Shown here: positions 43,412 through 53,165 of the stretch, piece after piece | Layout of the letters: every line of letters starts with the position of its first letter | Numbering within the stretch: the first letter of the stretch is position 1 | IMG/VR virus record: IMGVR_UViG_3300025410_000022 | Location: 1-55,687 of that record | Strand: one strand, 5' to 3' | DNA: 55,687 bases | Source: a virus | Taxonomy: Duplodnaviria > Caudoviricetes | The notes under the pieces: generated by a model | The model's database searches: none | What the model was told of the DNA's origin: nothing | What the model saw: the letters and a program-made list of their open reading frames with translations, nothing else | Position numbers and translations under genes: made by a program

Positions 43412-44762
43412 TTCTTCCGCCGAAATGTTTAACAAGGCCATAGAAGCGCAGACCAAAGGCGATATGAGCCTAGCTTACCAACTCTATGTTGCCGCAGTCA
43501 TGCTCCGTCCCCCCGCCGCCGGGGCCTGGAACAACTTGGGCGTCATGCTCAAGGAGAATAAAAAGCATTTACAGGGTAAGCTTGCACTGGAAGCGGCCGT
43601 AGCCATTGAGCCCTGTGCCCATTATTACAGCAACCTGGGCGACGTCCTGTGGGACCTAGGTGAGTATGATTATGCCGAGTCCTGCCTTCGCAAAGCCCTT
43701 GAACTTGAGGATACTTGCGCCCCAGCCTGGTACGACCTCGGCCTGTCGTTGATGGCTACGAACCGATTTGAAGAAGCAATGAAATGCTACGACCGTGCCC
43801 TTGAGTTGGCCCCAGATCGTCACGACTTCAAATTTGGCCGCGCCGTTTGCTTGCTTACCATGGGGGACTATGAACAGGGCTTCCCGGCTTACGATTGCCG
43901 GATCGAGTACAAGATCGACTCCCTGCTCAAGATGCCGTACCCCATGTGGCGCGGTGAAGACATCGCCGGGAAGATTCTCTATATCTTCGCGGAGCAGGGG
44001 CTGGGGGACTCCCTCCAGTTCATCCGGTTCATCCCCGAATTGGTTCGTCGGTACCCGCAAGCCAAGATCACCATTGATCTGCCGGGGGCTTTACGCCGTT
44101 TGTTTAATAAGTTTTTCAACAAGCACAAGCTGAAGATCAAGGTTCGGACCATGGGGGACCCGCTGCCCGCAGCCGACTATTTCATGGCGCTGACATCGAT
44201 TGTAGCAAGGCTGGGGTATGACAAGTCTGACATATCAAGCCTCCCTTATCTAGAAGCCCCGACAGAAGGACCACATGTCGATAGGGACAAGAACCTTGCG
44301 GTCGGTATTGTATGGGCTGGTGACCCCGCGCATGAGAAAGACAAGCACCGTTCAAGCACCTTGGAAGCTTACTTGAAGCACCTTTACCACCCCAAGATTG
44401 ATTTATACTCCATTTTGGTGGGGCCGAGATCGCAAGACATCCAACTGGATGCGGCGCAAGCTTTGGTCCGCGACATGAGCCCGACGATCAAAGACATGGG
44501 GGACACGGCTTACATTGCCAAACAGCTAGACGCTATTGTCACCGTTGACACGTCCGTCGCCCATTTGGGTGGTGCCCTCGGGGTGGAGACCCATGTCCTG
44601 CTTCCAATCCACGGGATCGATTGGCGTTGGTTCAACGAAGGCGGGACGTCAATCTGGTATGATAGCGTCACCCTGTGGAGGCAGTCCCGCGTTGGGTGCT
44701 GGGACCGCCCGCTTGCCGCTCTTGGAAACTATTTGAAGGAGAAAGCGTCATGCCGCCCGTGA
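43401..44762 (+). CDS. TPR-repeat glycosyltransferase (GT-B, GT9-like C-terminal domain)
   Basis: TPRs AWNNLGVML, YSNLGDVL, AWYDLGLSL; WRGEDIAGK, EQGLGDSLQFIRF, VGIVWAGDP, TVDTSVAHLGGALG, DWRW, WYDSVTLWRQ. Confidence 0.92.
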   Translation: MSVNSSAEMFNKAIEAQTKGDMSLAYQLYVAAVMLRPPAAGAWNNLGVMLKENKKHLQGKLALEAAVAIEPCAHYYSNLGDVLWDLGEYDYAESCLRKALELEDTCAPAWYDLGLSLMATNRFEEAMKCYDRALELAPDRHDFKFGRAVCLLTMGDYEQGFPAYDCRIEYKIDSLLKMPYPMWRGEDIAGKILYIFAEQGLGDSLQFIRFIPELVRRYPQAKITIDLPGALRRLFNKFFNKHKLKIKVRTMGDPLPAADYFMALTSIVARLGYDKSDISSLPYLEAPTEGPHVDRDKNLAVGIVWAGDPAHEKDKHRSSTLEAYLKHLYHPKIDLYSILVGPRSQDIQLDAAQALVRDMSPTIKDMGDTAYIAKQLDAIVTVDTSVAHLGGALGVETHVLLPIHGIDWRWFNEGGTSIWYDSVTLWRQSRVGCWDRPLAALGNYLKEKASCRP

Positions 44763-44968
44763 TGCAATCCACCCCGCTATCTTCCCACGTCAGCCAGATT
44801 GGGTACGACGAAGCCCAACAGAAACTTTATGTGGTATACAAAACGGGGTACACATACATTTATCACGACGTTGAGCCTGACGTGGCAGACTCGGTGATAA
44901 ACGCCCCGAGCGTCGGGGCAGCCCTTCACTCGGATATCAAAGGGCTATACAACTTTACGCGAGGTTAA
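44750..44968 (+). CDS. KTSC domain protein
   Basis: SSHVSQIGYD...LYVVYKTG..YIYHDVEP...NAPSVG...IKG; AAGGAG RBS. Confidence 0.88.
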   Translation: MPPVMQSTPLSSHVSQIGYDEAQQKLYVVYKTGYTYIYHDVEPDVADSVINAPSVGAALHSDIKGLYNFTRG

Positions 44969-44969
44969 A

Positions 44970-45137
44970 ATGGCAAACACGGCTAAAGTTAAAGCGAAGA
45001 AGGGTTACGCCGGGCTCAAGGACACCGGCGCAGATAAGCTTTCCAAGACCATGAAAGCAAAAAAGACGACCAAGGGCAAAGCCCTTCTCGGCAAGTCCAC
45101 CGTCAAGGGCGTATCCCGCCGGAAGACGATTGCCTAA
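44970..45137 (+). CDS. 55-aa Lys-rich basic protein (absent from ORF track)
   Basis: GAGGT RBS; MANTAKVKAKKGYAGLKDTGADKLSKTMKAKKTTKGKALLGKSTVKGVSRRKTIA*. Confidence 0.7.
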   Translation: MANTAKVKAKKGYAGLKDTGADKLSKTMKAKKTTKGKALLGKSTVKGVSRRKTIA

Positions 45138-46820
45138 TTACCCTTGGTGACCACCATGGCTCCCGCCATGGTGGCCCCCCTTATGGAGCAACTCTGGATG
45201 CTCCTTCATAAACTTCGCTTTCTGTTCCTGCATGACCTTCCACTTCTCTTTCAGAAGATCGCGGGTCGGGACGGGCAGCATATCCAGAACGCTCTCACCA
45301 TCAATGACTTGGGATTTAAGCAGGAACGCCGCAAGCTGGGCGTGATCGTCCTGATAAATCGGACTGGACGAATGGCTATCCACCGACACCCGGAAATCGT
45401 CAGGGATGCCGGTCTCTAGAGTAAAGTCCGTTTTATCGTTCTTTGGGTCCGTCCAATACGCTTGGGGGTTCTTGGCCCGCATGACCCGGAAGACCTTGTC
45501 CGCCACGTCCGCGCACTGCCGCTCGATCACCAGCGCCCTGTCACGAAGGCGCGGGCTGGCCGTTTTCAGAAGAGTCTCTGCGTGATTGCCAGCCCGCACA
45601 CCAGGCTCACCCTGCCCAGACAGAATGTTGGAGAACCCGGAGGTCTGCTCCATGAATTTCATAATGCTCTCGATCTCGGAGAACGCCGCCTCGGGAAGCT
45701 TGGGCGTCAGGTCCTCAACTTTGGCTCCGGGGTTCTCGTTGGCGATCCACCCTGCGGTACGGAACTGATCGTAGTTCTCGTCGTTCATTCCGCTGAAGCC
45801 GGTAAAAGCAAAGATGCGATCATACTGGAGGGACATCACACGCCGAATGTCTTCCAGGCGTTCGGTCATCATGTTTTGCAATTTAAGCAAAGGTTCCAAT
45901 TCTGACCGGCCCCATAAATAGCCCTGCATCCGATTGGCCTGGATGAAGCCATAGGGGTGGTAGTCTTTGACAAACATATTGCCGCGCTTGTCCATCCGGC
46001 TGATCGGGATGTCGTCGCCCACGAATTGAAACGTCGAATAATCCTGCCGTTCATCGTCAATGACCCACACTTCATGGAGCGGGATCACTTGCACCTCAAC
46101 CTCGGGCGACCCGGAAATGGACCCGGACCCTAGGACATTACCGCCGACTTGCTGGCTGTAGGGCTGACTTGTCTGGATTGCTGGGGAAGACCCAGTCAGA
46201 ACAAGGGCCTGGAAAGGCGAGATGTCGTCATCCGTCGGGCGCTTCTTCAGCCACGAATGCGCCTTCTTCATAATATCCTGGGCGTCCCTGAGATGGGACA
46301 CCCGCCGCCATAGATCGTCCAGCGTAATGTAGACGGTCTCGGTCATAGCCTCCTGATCACCCAAGTCATTCAAGTCTTCCCGCCACACGCCAAACTGCCA
46401 TGGCATGACCAGACGAAGGCTGACGCCCCCGTGCCCCCAAAGGACCTTGGGTATCGCCGCGCCGAACGACAAGGCAGTATCCACCCCGTCGGCAAAGGTC
46501 AGGTCGATGTCACGCCGTTCGAACTCGCGGGTAAGAATGCGAGAAGCGACTTCCGCCCGTTGAAGGATGTCAGGGGTGTAGCGGTTCTCAAACTCAAGGT
46601 GAAACCGCAGATCGGTAGGCGAGAACAAATACGACGCCAACCGTTCAAGGTGACTGTCGAGGTAGTTGTACAGACTATGCTCGCCTGAGTCTGACCCAGT
46701 GTAGCGCCACCCGCGCAACGTCCGCGCTTCCTGCGCCCGCTTGGAAGCAGATGTCCGACAGACTTCAATGGTCTCATGCGCCCAGTGAAGGAACTTCTTG
46801 GTCTCTGTCGGAATCCGCAT
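45138..46820 (-). CDS. Portal protein
   Basis: 560 aa between TerL and the head genes; GYLWGRSELEPLLKLQ, SGFSNILSGQGEPGVRAG. Confidence 0.85.
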   Translation of the reverse strand: MRIPTETKKFLHWAHETIEVCRTSASKRAQEARTLRGWRYTGSDSGEHSLYNYLDSHLERLASYLFSPTDLRFHLEFENRYTPDILQRAEVASRILTREFERRDIDLTFADGVDTALSFGAAIPKVLWGHGGVSLRLVMPWQFGVWREDLNDLGDQEAMTETVYITLDDLWRRVSHLRDAQDIMKKAHSWLKKRPTDDDISPFQALVLTGSSPAIQTSQPYSQQVGGNVLGSGSISGSPEVEVQVIPLHEVWVIDDERQDYSTFQFVGDDIPISRMDKRGNMFVKDYHPYGFIQANRMQGYLWGRSELEPLLKLQNMMTERLEDIRRVMSLQYDRIFAFTGFSGMNDENYDQFRTAGWIANENPGAKVEDLTPKLPEAAFSEIESIMKFMEQTSGFSNILSGQGEPGVRAGNHAETLLKTASPRLRDRALVIERQCADVADKVFRVMRAKNPQAYWTDPKNDKTDFTLETGIPDDFRVSVDSHSSSPIYQDDHAQLAAFLLKSQVIDGESVLDMLPVPTRDLLKEKWKVMQEQKAKFMKEHPELLHKGGHHGGSHGGHQG

Positions 46821-46823
46821 CGC

Positions 46824-47315
46824 TTACTTCCTAAATGTGTTGGTGCCGGGACCGGCCATACGTTGCTTCTGGATCGCTTCGATGGCGATGGCCCCGCCTT
46901 GCGGCGTACCCTTCACCCCTTGCGCCATGGCGCGGCCGTCGCCCGTCCCGCTCTGGAAGAACTGGTGCCCGGTCTGCTGGGCGTACTGCGTCACAGCATT
47001 GTTCGGAGCCTTCACGGCCACGTCGCCTTCACGCAAGTTATCCTGCATGTTGGTGATCTTCAAGCTGGGATCGCCCGCAGCCTCGGCCCGCATGGCACTG
47101 GATTCCTCCAGGTCCTTATAAGTTTTGTCTACCGACCGGGAAATATTGGACCCGCCGTAGTTCAGACGTTCCGCTGCGGCCCTTTCGGGTTCCTCAAGAA
47201 ACGAAACGTGGCAGGCGGGGCATTTGGTCACCGGGTCTTCATCCGCATTGGGGTGATGCAGATAGTCGAATTTGACCGAACAGTCGGGGCATTGGTAGCG
47301 GCGAAGCAATGCCAT
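46824..47315 (-). CDS. Zinc-ribbon (FmdB-like) protein
   Basis: YQCPDC...FDYL...CPAC. Confidence 0.75.
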   Translation of the reverse strand: MALLRRYQCPDCSVKFDYLHHPNADEDPVTKCPACHVSFLEEPERAAAERLNYGGSNISRSVDKTYKDLEESSAMRAEAAGDPSLKITNMQDNLREGDVAVKAPNNAVTQYAQQTGHQFFQSGTGDGRAMAQGVKGTPQGGAIAIEAIQKQRMAGPGTNTFRK

Positions 47316-47320
47316 GACCC

Positions 47321-47530
47321 TTACTCGTTTGCTGCGGCGTAGATGCCCGCAGCGGTCGCGGCGAAGCCGCCCGACGGGTCACCGTCGGACGTCGTGGTAT
47401 AGCTGACATAGCCCCGTGAGATCAGAATGTCGGTGATCGAGTCCAGTTCCGCCTGGCTGCCAGTGAAAGCCGGGGGCGGGTACACGCTGGCGATAATCGA
47501 ATTAAGGACGAGGCGTTGATTGTCCTGCAT
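47321..47530 (-). CDS. Small hypothetical protein
   Basis: AAGGAG RBS. Confidence 0.6.
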   Translation of the reverse strand: MQDNQRLVLNSIIASVYPPPAFTGSQAELDSITDILISRGYVSYTTTSDGDPSGGFAATAAGIYAAANE

Positions 47531-48155
47531 GGTCTTGCTCCTTGAGGGGGGCCCGTTGTTGCGCGGAAACGATATCAGGCTTTGCGGGCGTAGTCTCCGA
47601 CTTTGACATGAGGTGTTGGTTTACAGCGTCAAGCAACTTGCGCTGCTCGGGGTGATACCACTTGTCATCGTTCTTGACGTCCGGCCACTGATTGAAAGTA
47701 TACCCTCTAAAATAGGCGGGTATACCTGTCTGCTTTTCCCACTGGTCGTAGGGGCGTTTCTCGCCCTCGTTCTTCTGAGCGTAAGCGTACTGCTCCTTGA
47801 GTATATCCTTCTGATCCGGCGTCAACGACTTTGTAAACAGTTCATACGCCTGCTTAACCTGGGGGTCGCTGTTAATCAGTATGTGGGACGTAATATCCCC
47901 GGCGATATCGCTTGGCTTAGTATCCGTCCGATAGACCTCCACCCCCGGCTTATCGATAGGGAACTCTTTAGGTCGCGGCTGCTCGGGCGATCCGGCCTCT
48001 TGCGGCGGATACGTTTCCAAATATCCCTGCGCCCCTTTGCGAGCCGGGTTGTACTTGTAAGCAATGCCCGATGTGTCAATACCCGGATACTGCTGTTGCA
48101 TCTGGGACCATAGGTCCTCGCCGGGGTTTGACGTCTTGCCAGGGGTGTCACTCAT
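47502..48155 (-). CDS. Hypothetical protein
   Basis: 217 aa overlapping both neighbours. Confidence 0.7.
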   Translation of the reverse strand: MSDTPGKTSNPGEDLWSQMQQQYPGIDTSGIAYKYNPARKGAQGYLETYPPQEAGSPEQPRPKEFPIDKPGVEVYRTDTKPSDIAGDITSHILINSDPQVKQAYELFTKSLTPDQKDILKEQYAYAQKNEGEKRPYDQWEKQTGIPAYFRGYTFNQWPDVKNDDKWYHPEQRKLLDAVNQHLMSKSETTPAKPDIVSAQQRAPLKEQDHAGQSTPRP

Positions 48156-50409
48156 GGATCGGCACTCGCTTCTGTGCGGCGGATAAGCTGGGTCCGTTTG
48201 TTATACCGAACCGAGACCTGTTTGCCCCGAGGAGCATACTTTCGACTTGCAAATCTTCCGCCTGGCTCCGTTCGTCCGAGGTGCGGCGGGATGGCCGGAC
48301 CTTGTCCGTTCCTATCTTCTCAAATACCTGGGCGATGGTCGGCTTCGGGGGGAATACCCCTACGGTCTGACCCGGTCCAGGCCCGCGCAAGTACAATTTA
48401 TACCCTTCAAAGTTATAGCGGAGTTCCAGGTTCTTGCTCATGCCTGCTGCATGAAGGTGTTCGTTCGCTTCCCTGACCAATTGATCACGCGTATTTTTCA
48501 CTTGTTGCCAGGCCTGGGCGTCTTCTTCGCGAGTGGTAAACTGCGTCTGTTGAAACGCCTGGAGCGTGTCGCGGATTTGCTGGTCTATTGATTGTAGCTT
48601 AGAGTCCTGTGCCATGTCTGACAGGGGGCGCTCAACCGGACCCCAGGCAGCCTTGCCCCATTGGACGTCGCGGCTGACGCCTTCAGTGGCAGAGGGTGGG
48701 GTCAGCTTGAGGTACTGCGGCGGCAGCAAGGACCGGAGTTCATTGTTGCGGGCCTCGACCTCCCCCGCATTGGACATATAAGCCGCGTCCGCCGGGTCGC
48801 CCTTCATTGTATACGTCCGGTCGCCAAAATACCCGGACTGCATTATATCATGGATTGCTTCATCGGTCCCGCCAGCCGCCCGATGGCTTAAATTATACAT
48901 CCGATCATACGCGGTATCGTCGTGGTATAAATCACTGAGGGCGTCTACAAGCGAGACAGGGTCCCCGCCCCACCGACCGCTGTTTCTTGCCCGTGCAAGA
49001 GCCCTTCGCACAATAGTGAATGACATTTTACCGTCGGCCGTGAGGCGTCTAAGGGGGGCCAGTTTCCCAATCATAACGACGTTGGGGTCCCATACATCTA
49101 AAAAATCCCAAGGCTCCGCAAGAATAGACTCCCGTTCCTGCTCACTATAGGCTCTAGCCCCAGGGCCATATTGAGCCGCAGCCTTGGCATCTTCTTCATC
49201 CATATGCTTCAACGCGACATCGTGGATGTGCTTGTCTATTTCTTCGGGCGTCATGTTTACGGATTGTGGAATGACGTTCTCACGCGGAAGGCGTTCCCCT
49301 TCAACCCCAAACTTACGCTCAAGGGTTTTGTAAATCCGGTCCCGTCTACCACGCGGAAACACAAAATCTTGGTCGCGGGTCTTCATGTCCTTCTCGACAC
49401 GGGCCTTAAACCTGGCGTCCGGTTTAAGCCCGATATGCCCGCCGCGAATCCACTCGTCGTTAGCCCCACCCTCAAGCCCTTCAAGCGACTGCACCGCGTG
49501 CTGGAGTTCGTGAAGGATTACTTTTTTGCCTGTCGTCAAGTTTGGGGCGAGGTCCGGGGCCAGCACCAATTCTTTTGTGACTGCGTTCCAATGCCCGCCG
49601 TATTTACCAACCCGCGCCCGATCCTGCCCGTCAACGATGACCTTGATCTGCCGAAGCTGGGGGTAGGCCTTGAACAACTCGGGGTGATCGATGAACTCGG
49701 AGATGGGGGCCTCATAGCCTTTCTCATGGATTTCACGAAGGGCCGTCAGGTAAGGTTCCCCTTCATCCGTCCCGGCCTTATACCGCGCTGCCCGAGAAGC
49801 TACTGCACCAGGGCTATAGGTTGCTTCATGGTCAAGCACCTCCGACCGCCAGTGCCCGTCGAACCCGCGCTCCAGACCAATCTTGCGCCAGGTCTCGGTG
49901 GGGCTCGCCCCGCGGGCCTCCATCTGCCGTGCCGCCCATTCCTTGTCAGCGACCACGTCTTCCTTCCCAGCGCCCGCCAGCCTGCGCCGTCCCGCGCCGC
50001 CGATCAGCGTCCCTGCCACCGCGGTCCCCTTGGGGGCGAACGGCGCGCCTGCGCCTTGCAGGGCAATCATATCCTGGAGGACTTGCTTCTGGGACTCGAC
50101 CCCGCTCCCGCCGGATTGCCTCTCCTGCCGGTACATCTCCAGGTCCTGCGGCACTTTCGCCATGGTCTCTGGCGTGTCGGCCATGCCCTTGGCGGCGTTG
50201 ATACCCAACACCCCGGTCTCATAGGTCAACAGCCGGGCGGGGAGCGACAGAAGGTCCAAATACTGGGATGTCTTCGACTTGCCGGTGGCGAGGTCGTCCG
50301 GCACGACTTTCTTCTGCAACCAATCTTTCTGCGCCTGCGCCGGATCAAACCCGGAGTCAGTCGGTACCTTGTCGCCTATGCCATACTGCTCAAGCCCAGT
50401 ATCAGCCAT
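48148..50409 (-). CDS. LPD23-like protein with zincin metallopeptidase motif
   Basis: WRKIGLERGFDGHWRSEVLD, IDHPELFKAYPQL, ILHELQHAVQSLEG (HExxH), AGEVEARN; TGATG coupling to TerL. Confidence 0.75.
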   Translation of the reverse strand: MADTGLEQYGIGDKVPTDSGFDPAQAQKDWLQKKVVPDDLATGKSKTSQYLDLLSLPARLLTYETGVLGINAAKGMADTPETMAKVPQDLEMYRQERQSGGSGVESQKQVLQDMIALQGAGAPFAPKGTAVAGTLIGGAGRRRLAGAGKEDVVADKEWAARQMEARGASPTETWRKIGLERGFDGHWRSEVLDHEATYSPGAVASRAARYKAGTDEGEPYLTALREIHEKGYEAPISEFIDHPELFKAYPQLRQIKVIVDGQDRARVGKYGGHWNAVTKELVLAPDLAPNLTTGKKVILHELQHAVQSLEGLEGGANDEWIRGGHIGLKPDARFKARVEKDMKTRDQDFVFPRGRRDRIYKTLERKFGVEGERLPRENVIPQSVNMTPEEIDKHIHDVALKHMDEEDAKAAAQYGPGARAYSEQERESILAEPWDFLDVWDPNVVMIGKLAPLRRLTADGKMSFTIVRRALARARNSGRWGGDPVSLVDALSDLYHDDTAYDRMYNLSHRAAGGTDEAIHDIMQSGYFGDRTYTMKGDPADAAYMSNAGEVEARNNELRSLLPPQYLKLTPPSATEGVSRDVQWGKAAWGPVERPLSDMAQDSKLQSIDQQIRDTLQAFQQTQFTTREEDAQAWQQVKNTRDQLVREANEHLHAAGMSKNLELRYNFEGYKLYLRGPGPGQTVGVFPPKPTIAQVFEKIGTDKVRPSRRTSDERSQAEDLQVESMLLGANRSRFGITNGPSLSAAQKRVPIHE

Positions 50410-52340
50410 CAGAAGTCCCACCGCCTGTTGCGTCTGGCATCCGCCGCCTGGCGGCCCCGATCCGCTGCTTGTCCATCAATGAAAGTCCGCACGATGTGCT
50501 GGGTGTAGATGTTCACTTCATCCCCCCGGCTCCGGGTCTCGCGGTCCTTCTCAACCTCATAGGTGCGGTTCTGGGCCATCAGGGATTTGCGTTCCCAATC
50601 GTTCCAGCAGCGCACTGCCAGCGCACAGGCTATCACACGGTCATCCTTCGCGCTACCGTCGCCCTTGATGGTCAAGCCGTCCTGCACGATCTTCCGCATC
50701 TCCTGGAGCAACTCCATGGAATTGAGGCGAAGCTGGCCGAGGTAAAAACTGTCCCGCATACCGGACATCATCTTGGACTTTTGATCGCCACTGGACTTCC
50801 AATGCCAGGCGTAGCCGGACCCCATACTGTCGGGGCGCTTGTACATGTACTGGCGGACGTTGGTGAAGATGTTCTTCACGCCCTTCTCATGGGCGTCCGA
50901 CTTGAGGTAGCCGGTCTCGATGGTCGCCCGCATATTCCTGATTTCATTCCACACGGCTTCACCGGGGCCGGTGATTTCAAGGATGTAGCGAGCGTTGGCA
51001 AAGGTGGCGCAGAGGTGCATCAATATCCAGGCGAACTGGTAGGTCGCGATGTTGGTGTCGCAGAACTCGGCCACCTGGACTACGGCGTCAGCGTAACAGC
51101 GGAGGACGCATATTGCGTAACGATCCGCTTCGTCAGACGAACCGTATGCTGGGTCAGCGGCAATAACATAAACCCCGTTGGGGTCGGGCTCTTCCCAAAT
51201 GCGAAGCGTAGCTGCCTTGGCAGAGTTGACAGGTTCAATTTGCATGGCAAGGAAGCTTTCCCCGGTATGGTATCGATACCCCATGTAATAATTGTCCTGC
51301 GCTGCCTTGACCGCTTTATTGAGTTCCGCAGCCGCAAAATAACTTGAACCTGTGAGCAGGAACGCTTCATCTTCGTGGGAAGGAAATTCCTGCTGGAATA
51401 ATTGGGAAGCTTCCGTTTCAATCGTATTATCGGGATCGTGCAAATCTGGATAACGGCGGTGGCGATACCACGCCCATTGATTAAGGGTGATCTCATGGCC
51501 GTATCTCTCCTTGACCAGCTTGGCGACCTCTTGTTCCTCTTCAGTAAGCGAGGCTTCACTGTATTTCTCAAAGAGTGCCTTCTCCGCTTTGCGACGTGGA
51601 TCATACGAGTAGTCAAGCTTGGCCCACCAACCGATGAAGATTGCTTTCTTCGCCAACTCGTCCGCGAGGGCCTCCTCCCAGAGTTCGTGGTAGATGTTGA
51701 AGCCCCTGGCTGTGCTTTCGAAAATATACAGCCGGTTGGGGTTCTTCTGGGCTGCCGCCGCCATAAGCGATGCTACACCCTCGGGATCACCCCAACTGGA
51801 AGTCTCGGTTGCATGAATGAAAGAGAGCCCGAGCCCGCGGCCGAGACCCCCAGAGGACGAGGATTTCTTGAGACCGGCGACAAGGTACGAGAGGCGGGAC
51901 CCATTGCCGAAGGACAGGCCGGTGCGGTTGTGGGTCAGGATGGCGCACTTGTGTGTCGCCGGGAGGCTACCTATGTAGCGAGTGAAAGTCTCTCGGAACT
52001 CATCGCGAGTAGCCTCCTTGTCGAAGACCACGGCCCCCTTGGTGCCGGGGAAGTAGAACATCCAGAACAGGTCGAGGGCCACCGAGATGGTGGTGATGCC
52101 AAGCTGACGGGCCTTGAGGATGACGAAGTGGTGGATGTCGTTCGACAGGCCGTCGAACAACTCGTCAAGGAACCGGACCTGAGCCCCGTAGGGAACGAGG
52201 GGGCTTTCACCCCCCGTTTCCTTTGAGTCGATCCGAAGGTACGAGATGAAGTCCAGGAATGCCGTCTGGAAGGCCTTGACCATCTCAAGGTTCCACGGGT
52301 TGTCCTCGGTTGCGGCCTTGCGTTTCGGCGGGCGAGCCAT
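50409..52340 (-). CDS. terL: Terminase large subunit
   Basis: ILKARQLGITT, IHATE, ESTARG, FIGWW, FQQEFP, YVIAADPAYG, KDDRVIA. Confidence 0.93.
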   Translation of the reverse strand: MARPPKRKAATEDNPWNLEMVKAFQTAFLDFISYLRIDSKETGGESPLVPYGAQVRFLDELFDGLSNDIHHFVILKARQLGITTISVALDLFWMFYFPGTKGAVVFDKEATRDEFRETFTRYIGSLPATHKCAILTHNRTGLSFGNGSRLSYLVAGLKKSSSSGGLGRGLGLSFIHATETSSWGDPEGVASLMAAAAQKNPNRLYIFESTARGFNIYHELWEEALADELAKKAIFIGWWAKLDYSYDPRRKAEKALFEKYSEASLTEEEQEVAKLVKERYGHEITLNQWAWYRHRRYPDLHDPDNTIETEASQLFQQEFPSHEDEAFLLTGSSYFAAAELNKAVKAAQDNYYMGYRYHTGESFLAMQIEPVNSAKAATLRIWEEPDPNGVYVIAADPAYGSSDEADRYAICVLRCYADAVVQVAEFCDTNIATYQFAWILMHLCATFANARYILEITGPGEAVWNEIRNMRATIETGYLKSDAHEKGVKNIFTNVRQYMYKRPDSMGSGYAWHWKSSGDQKSKMMSGMRDSFYLGQLRLNSMELLQEMRKIVQDGLTIKGDGSAKDDRVIACALAVRCWNDWERKSLMAQNRTYEVEKDRETRSRGDEVNIYTQHIVRTFIDGQAADRGRQAADARRNRRWDF

Positions 52341-52342
52341 GA

Positions 52343-52672
52343 TCAGGCTTTCGGTTTACGGCCGCGGGGCTTGGGAGGAAGTTCGTCAAGAAGGTCAAGC
52401 TTCCTGGGTTCCGGCTCGGGAGGCGCAGAAGAAATGATCTGACCCTGAGACTGCTCGGGAGGTGCGGGCAACGGAGCATGGGGCTTCGCTTCAAGGATGT
52501 CCTGGAGGCCGTGCTTGTCCACCCACTCGCCACACCAATCGTGGGTCTCCACCTTGGGCCAGAACGCATTGATACGGTTCATTGGGTCAATATGGAACGT
52601 GGACGGCGAGGTAAACCGGCACGTTGAGTTGAGTGCTTCAAAAAAGTAGCACGCATGGCAAGACACGCTCAT
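52343..52672 (-). CDS. Cys-rich hypothetical protein
   Basis: CHACYFF...CR...WPKV...DWCGEW. Confidence 0.7.
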   Translation of the reverse strand: MSVSCHACYFFEALNSTCRFTSPSTFHIDPMNRINAFWPKVETHDWCGEWVDKHGLQDILEAKPHAPLPAPPEQSQGQIISSAPPEPEPRKLDLLDELPPKPRGRKPKA

Positions 52673-52968
52673 AGGGGGCTCCTCTGCTTCAGAAGTTCAG
52701 CCCGCGCCGCGGCCAGGCGTCGGGCGTTTACAAAACAATTTAAGGCAGCTTTGGCCGGTCCTGGCAAGTGCGCCTTACCAGCAATCCACCGCTTTACCGT
52801 GGGCAGGGACACCATCAGGTCTCGCGCCATTGCTTCCACCCAGCCGTACCCGTACAGAAACTGCCCGGTCTCTTCCAACCATTGGCGCTCGGACTTGTTT
52901 GCGGGTTTGTGTTTAGGGGTGGGGCGGCGCTGGGGGGAAGCGCCGCCCCGAGGGGGGTGTTCATGCAT
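52669..52968 (-). CDS. HTH-like protein
   Basis: LYGYGWVEAMARDLMVSLPTVKRW; start uncertain. Confidence 0.65.
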   Translation of the reverse strand: MHEHPPRGGASPQRRPTPKHKPANKSERQWLEETGQFLYGYGWVEAMARDLMVSLPTVKRWIAGKAHLPGPAKAALNCFVNARRLAAARAELLKQRSPL

Positions 52969-53008
52969 GAGAGGACCAATCCCAGTGAACGAGGCTTAAC
53001 GTAACAAA

Positions 53009-53038
53009 ATGGTCTGCATGGGTAAAGGGCTTTGTCAA
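53009..53038 (-). promoter_or_regulatory. Candidate sigma70-type promoter for the packaging arm
   Basis: Perfect TTGACA at 53038-53033; only a weak -10 (GACCAT). Confidence 0.4.
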
Positions 53039-53165
53039 GAAATTTCAACAGCCGACCACTGGGAGTATGGAAGGTTGTACAGAGTGTTGCGATTACCCGT
53101 GGGCAAAATTGCGAAAATTTTTTGGGGAGGACCGCGGGGTACACAACGGATCGAGTTCGTCGGTC

